Source: an uncultured Bacteroidales bacterium (GTDB lineage Bacteria > Bacteroidota > Bacteroidia > Bacteroidales > UBA4181). Taken from it: a stretch of 64,000 nucleotides of DNA. This document shows, piece by piece, positions 60,607-64,000 of this stretch (the stretch's first letter is position 1; every line of letters starts with the position of its first letter). The DNA lies in contig CAYGID010000004.1 of the NCBI GenBank assembly GCA_964349835.1, forward strand, positions 7,084 through 71,083, written 5' to 3'. Position numbers and translations under genes: made by a program. The notes below the pieces were generated by a model, which saw only the letters and a list, made by a program, of their open reading frames with translations, ran no database searches and was not told the DNA's origin.

Positions 60607-61653
60607 ATGGCAAAAATTAATTTTGGAGGCGTAATCGAAGATGTGGTTACCCGCGAAGAGTTTACTCTGGAACATGCTCGTGAAGTCCTGAAAAACGAAA
60701 CTATAGCTATTATTGGCTACGGTGTACAGGGTCCTGCGCAATCTTTGAACATGCGCGACAACGGTTTTAAGGTCATTATTGGTCAGGCCCCCGAATTCAA
60801 AGCAGACTGGGACAAAGCAGTTGCCGACGGATGGGTTCCCGGTGAAACCCTTTTCCCCATTGAAGAGGCAGCCAAAAAAGCAACCATCATTCAATTCCTG
60901 GTTTCCGACGCTGCACAGCGCACCATTTGGCCGATTCTCAAACCCTGCCTGAAGAAAGGCGATGCGCTCTATTTTTCGCACGGCTTTTCGATCACCTACA
61001 AAGAACAGACCGGCGTGATTCCCCCGGCCGATGTCGATGTGATTCTGGTGGCCCCCAAAGGTTCGGGTACCAGCGTACGCCGCAACTTCCTTGCAGGTGC
61101 CGGCATCAACTCCAGCTATGCTGTATTCCAGGATTTTACGGGTCGTGCTCAAGAACGCACTATGGCCATTGGTATTGGTATTGGTAGCGGATATCTTTTC
61201 CACACTACCTTCGAACAAGAAGTTTACAGCGACCTCACCGGCGAACGCGGTGTGCTGATGGGCGCTCTGGCCGGCATCATGGATGCCCAGTACAATGTAC
61301 TGCGTGCCAACGGCCACACCCCCAGCGAAGCCTTCAACGAAACTGTAGAAGAGCTGACCCAGAGCCTTATCCGCCTGGTCGATGAAAAAGGTATGGACTG
61401 GATGTACAGCAACTGCTCGGCCACTGCCCAGCGTGGTGCTCTCGACTGGAGACCCCAATTCCGCGATGCCGTTCTGCCCGTTTTCGAAGAGCTCTACGCT
61501 CGTGTAAAAGATGGTCGTGAGTGCAAACGCGTACTCGATTCTACCAGCGGACCCAACTACAAAGCTTCGCTCGAAATTGAGTTGAAAGAGTTGCGCGAAA
61601 GCGAAATCTGGGCCACCGGCACACAGGTAAGAGCGCTCCGCCCCAAACACTAA
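60607..61653 (+). CDS. ilvC: ketol-acid reductoisomerase
   Basis: IIGYGVQGPAQSLNMRDNG Rossmann motif and HGFSI...VAPKGSG...ERGVLMG motifs. Confidence 0.97.
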   Translation: MAKINFGGVIEDVVTREEFTLEHAREVLKNETIAIIGYGVQGPAQSLNMRDNGFKVIIGQAPEFKADWDKAVADGWVPGETLFPIEEAAKKATIIQFLVSDAAQRTIWPILKPCLKKGDALYFSHGFSITYKEQTGVIPPADVDVILVAPKGSGTSVRRNFLAGAGINSSYAVFQDFTGRAQERTMAIGIGIGSGYLFHTTFEQEVYSDLTGERGVLMGALAGIMDAQYNVLRANGHTPSEAFNETVEELTQSLIRLVDEKGMDWMYSNCSATAQRGALDWRPQFRDAVLPVFEELYARVKDGRECKRVLDSTSGPNYKASLEIELKELRESEIWATGTQVRALRPKH

Positions 61654-61677
61654 TTCTCACCCCTTCAATAGCCAAAA

Positions 61678-61705
61678 GGGCTGCCGGTTTTCGGCAGCCC
61701 TTTTT
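61678..61705 (+). terminator. rho-independent terminator of the ilv operon
   Basis: GGGCTGCCG, a 5-nt loop, then CGGCAGCCC, followed by TTTTTGTTTG. Confidence 0.8.
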
Positions 61706-61773
61706 GTTTGTGCCTTTAGGCACCGGGCCTAATTGGCTGTAAATACCTCTTTCACAGTATGATAACGTTGGTT

Positions 61774-62985
61774 TTACAGCGCCTTATCGATAGGGAAAGG
61801 CTGTCCGCTCCACGCTTTTTTGGCAGTCCAATCCATTGCCGGAGCCGACCAGAAGGGATCGGTTTCGGGCAATCCCAGCGGCAAAAAGCCGGCGGAGCAG
61901 AGATAGAGACTTCCGGTACAGAGGTAGGTTTCGGCTACGCCCGGCTGATGACCGCAAAAACCGAGCTGTAACCACCCCTTGGCATCGTAAGTGCCGGGTG
62001 CCTCCATCTGACGCTTCAACACGGCGGTTAAAGCAGATCGTACCTGTGCAGGGTGCACCTCTTTGGGCAGTGCGTGATAGAGCGCGATTTGAGCAAGAGC
62101 CTGAAAAGCCCCGATCCGATAGGGGATTGAGCGACCAATAGGGGGATAACTGCCCTCGGGCGAAATGAGCCGCTCCTGAATGGCTGCATAACGTGAGGCA
62201 CGGCGCAAAGCCTGTTGGTAAACCGACTCCGGAACCATCGCGTGCGCCGACATCACCTTCAGAATATCGACCATCATAGGGTGAATCACGAACGAATTGT
62301 AGTAATCGAAATGAAACTCGGGTCCGTCGCCATAAACCCCATCGCCCTTATACCACTCATGGTGGCGGTTAATGGAGTAGTAAAGACGTGCCGAATCGTG
62401 TGGCTCACCCACCGTAATAAAAAACGCCTCAATCATCCCCGCAAAAAGGAGCCAATTGCTTTCACCCGGTTTAATCTTCCGCGTTAGTTTGAGAGCTGCT
62501 ATCACATTCGACTTCTCCTGCGGACTCAAACCACCCCAAAGCTGAACCGGCGAACGCAGAAAAGCATGAGCCAGAAACGCTGCATCAACCAGAGGTTGCC
62601 CACCCCGGGTAAAGTTCATGTACTCGGGCGAATTGGGATTGGTTCCGTGGGCAACTGCCTTTCGCGACAAATCGAGCAGCCGGGCACGCTCCTTCCCCTC
62701 CGTACTATTGTCGGGGGCAAGCTCAAACCAGGGTGCCATTCCGCACAAAAGACGCCCTACTGCCTCAAGATGGGCATAGTCGGCTCTGTTGGTGCCGGGA
62801 TGCTCTTCGATAGGCATTTCGGCCTTCAAAGCACCCCTTCCCGCGGCTTCGAGCAAAGGAGAGGCAATCTTCGAGGCGGTGGCCCACCAATAGGCTCTGT
62901 CGTTCGATTGGGCCGAAACCGAAATAACAGCTGTCGAAAAAAGAAAAAGCGCGAAAAGCGATACAAGGGTACAAGTCCTTCTCAT
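61774..62985 (-). CDS. DUF2264-domain protein (glycoside-hydrolase-like), secreted
   Basis: Signal peptide, then WW/aromatic-rich alpha-toroid-like segments (GDGPEFHFDYYNSFVIHPM) as I recall them for DUF2264. This family call is made from memory. Confidence 0.7.
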   Translation of the reverse strand: MRRTCTLVSLFALFLFSTAVISVSAQSNDRAYWWATASKIASPLLEAAGRGALKAEMPIEEHPGTNRADYAHLEAVGRLLCGMAPWFELAPDNSTEGKERARLLDLSRKAVAHGTNPNSPEYMNFTRGGQPLVDAAFLAHAFLRSPVQLWGGLSPQEKSNVIAALKLTRKIKPGESNWLLFAGMIEAFFITVGEPHDSARLYYSINRHHEWYKGDGVYGDGPEFHFDYYNSFVIHPMMVDILKVMSAHAMVPESVYQQALRRASRYAAIQERLISPEGSYPPIGRSIPYRIGAFQALAQIALYHALPKEVHPAQVRSALTAVLKRQMEAPGTYDAKGWLQLGFCGHQPGVAETYLCTGSLYLCSAGFLPLGLPETDPFWSAPAMDWTAKKAWSGQPFPIDKAL

Positions 62986-62987
62986 AA

Positions 62988-64000
62988 CTACAACAATTTA
63001 CTGGCAAGATCGGCCAACGGGCTTCTCTCGCCTTTTACCAACGTAATGGATGCAAAGATATTCTGACCCTGCATCTTATTAATCAAGTACGACAAGCCGT
63101 TCGACTGCGAATCGAGATAGGGAGAGTCAATCTGATCGATGTCGCCCGTAAAGACAATCTTGGTATTGGCACCGGCCCGGGTAATGATGGTTTTCACCTC
63201 ATGAGGGGTAAGGTTTTGCGCCTCGTCCACAATAAAATAGACATCCGATAAACTACGCCCCCTGATAAAAGCCAGTGCTGAGAGAACCAGCCTGCCCGAA
63301 CGCTGCATATCTTCGATTTCGCGCAGCTCACCACTTCCGGGCCGCAGGTTGTTCTTGATTACCGAGAGATTATCGAAAAGCGGCTGCATATAAGGGTTGA
63401 TCTTGTCGTCGGCACTGCCCGGGAGAAAACCCAAATCGCGATTTGCCAGCGATACAATGGGGCGTGCAAGATAAATCTGCTGGTAATTCTTATTCAGCTC
63501 CAGAGCAGCTGCCAGGGCCAGGAGGGTCTTTCCGGTTCCTGCCTTTCCTGTAATAGCCACCAGTTCAATCTCGGGATCAAGCAACGCATCAAAACAAAAG
63601 GTCTGTTCCATATTGCGCGCCTCAATACCAAAACAGCGATGCTTCTGCACCAGATCCATTGCGTGATGAATGGGATTGTAATGGGTTAGCGCAGAGGAGC
63701 TGCCGCTTTCTAACAGGCAATAGGTATGTCCTTTGGGAAGTGCCCCCCCTCTGGCCTCACGAAAGGGCACCCTCTCTCCGGCATACAAACGCTTTATCAC
63801 CTCGGGACTAACCCGCTTAAAGGGCTTAACCTCATGGGTCAACTCCTTGATATTTTTGACCTTATCTGAAGTATAATCCTGCGCCATGACCCCCAGCGCT
63901 TTTGCCTTCATCCGCATGTTGATATCCTTCGAAATCAAGACAACCGAGCGGTCGGGATTCTTGTCGCGAATATACTCGGCAATAGCAATAATGCGATGGT
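62988..64000 (-). CDS. PIN-PhoH ATPase (PhoH2/YlaK-like), N-terminus outside the window
   Basis: The PhoH domain has Walker A GKAGTGKT and Walker B FIVDEAQN. The frame stays open to position 64000 (HRIIAIAEYIRDKNPDRSVVLISKDINMR), which is the end of a PIN domain. Confidence 0.9.
   Translation of the reverse strand, partial: HRIIAIAEYIRDKNPDRSVVLISKDINMRMKAKALGVMAQDYTSDKVKNIKELTHEVKPFKRVSPEVIKRLYAGERVPFREARGGALPKGHTYCLLESGSSSALTHYNPIHHAMDLVQKHRCFGIEARNMEQTFCFDALLDPEIELVAITGKAGTGKTLLALAAALELNKNYQQIYLARPIVSLANRDLGFLPGSADDKINPYMQPLFDNLSVIKNNLRPGSGELREIEDMQRSGRLVLSALAFIRGRSLSDVYFIVDEAQNLTPHEVKTIITRAGANTKIVFTGDIDQIDSPYLDSQSNGLSYLINKMQGQNIFASITLVKGERSPLADLASKLL

Overview
This window is densely coding chromosomal core sequence from a member of the Bacteroidota, with mid-range GC by eye. 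Three things support the lineage call. There is a complete MoxR / DUF58 / BatA-to-BatE aerotolerance-type operon. About twenty TAnnTTTG (-7) promoter boxes sit in intergenic DNA in the correct orientation, 18-85 nt upstream of start codons. The tmRNA tag reads GEENYALAA. I call about 58 protein genes: the Bat operon, ligA, a four-subunit 2-oxoacid:ferredoxin oxidoreductase, serA/serC, kbl-gcvT facing tdh, a DEAD-box helicase, pyrD, thiM-thiE-thiL-thiD-tenA, dcp, queA, gyrA, gmk, lysA, alaS, ftsK, mnmA, ilvDBNC and a PIN-PhoH ATPase, among others. I also call tmRNA (ssrA), RNase P RNA (rnpB), a TPP riboswitch and a leader-peptide attenuator upstream of ilvD. I found no transposase, integrase, phage, CRISPR, restriction-modification or recognisable defence genes, and no multi-gene block of unknown function. 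I therefore do not think this window contains a convincing novel system. The best leads are small-scale. First, a branched-chain-amino-acid-rich leader peptide with terminator and antiterminator structures upstream of ilvDBNC. Second, an in-frame BatB-BatC fusion whose existence depends on the length of one G4 tract. Third, a 521-bp AT-rich orphan intergenic region carrying three copies of a TACAT(A/T)TGTA palindrome next to an XRE-family regulator gene. Many six-frame ORFs overshoot the real start, because promoter boxes or terminators lie inside the extensions, and I shortened them accordingly. All homology statements come from motif recognition by eye. No database search was run.
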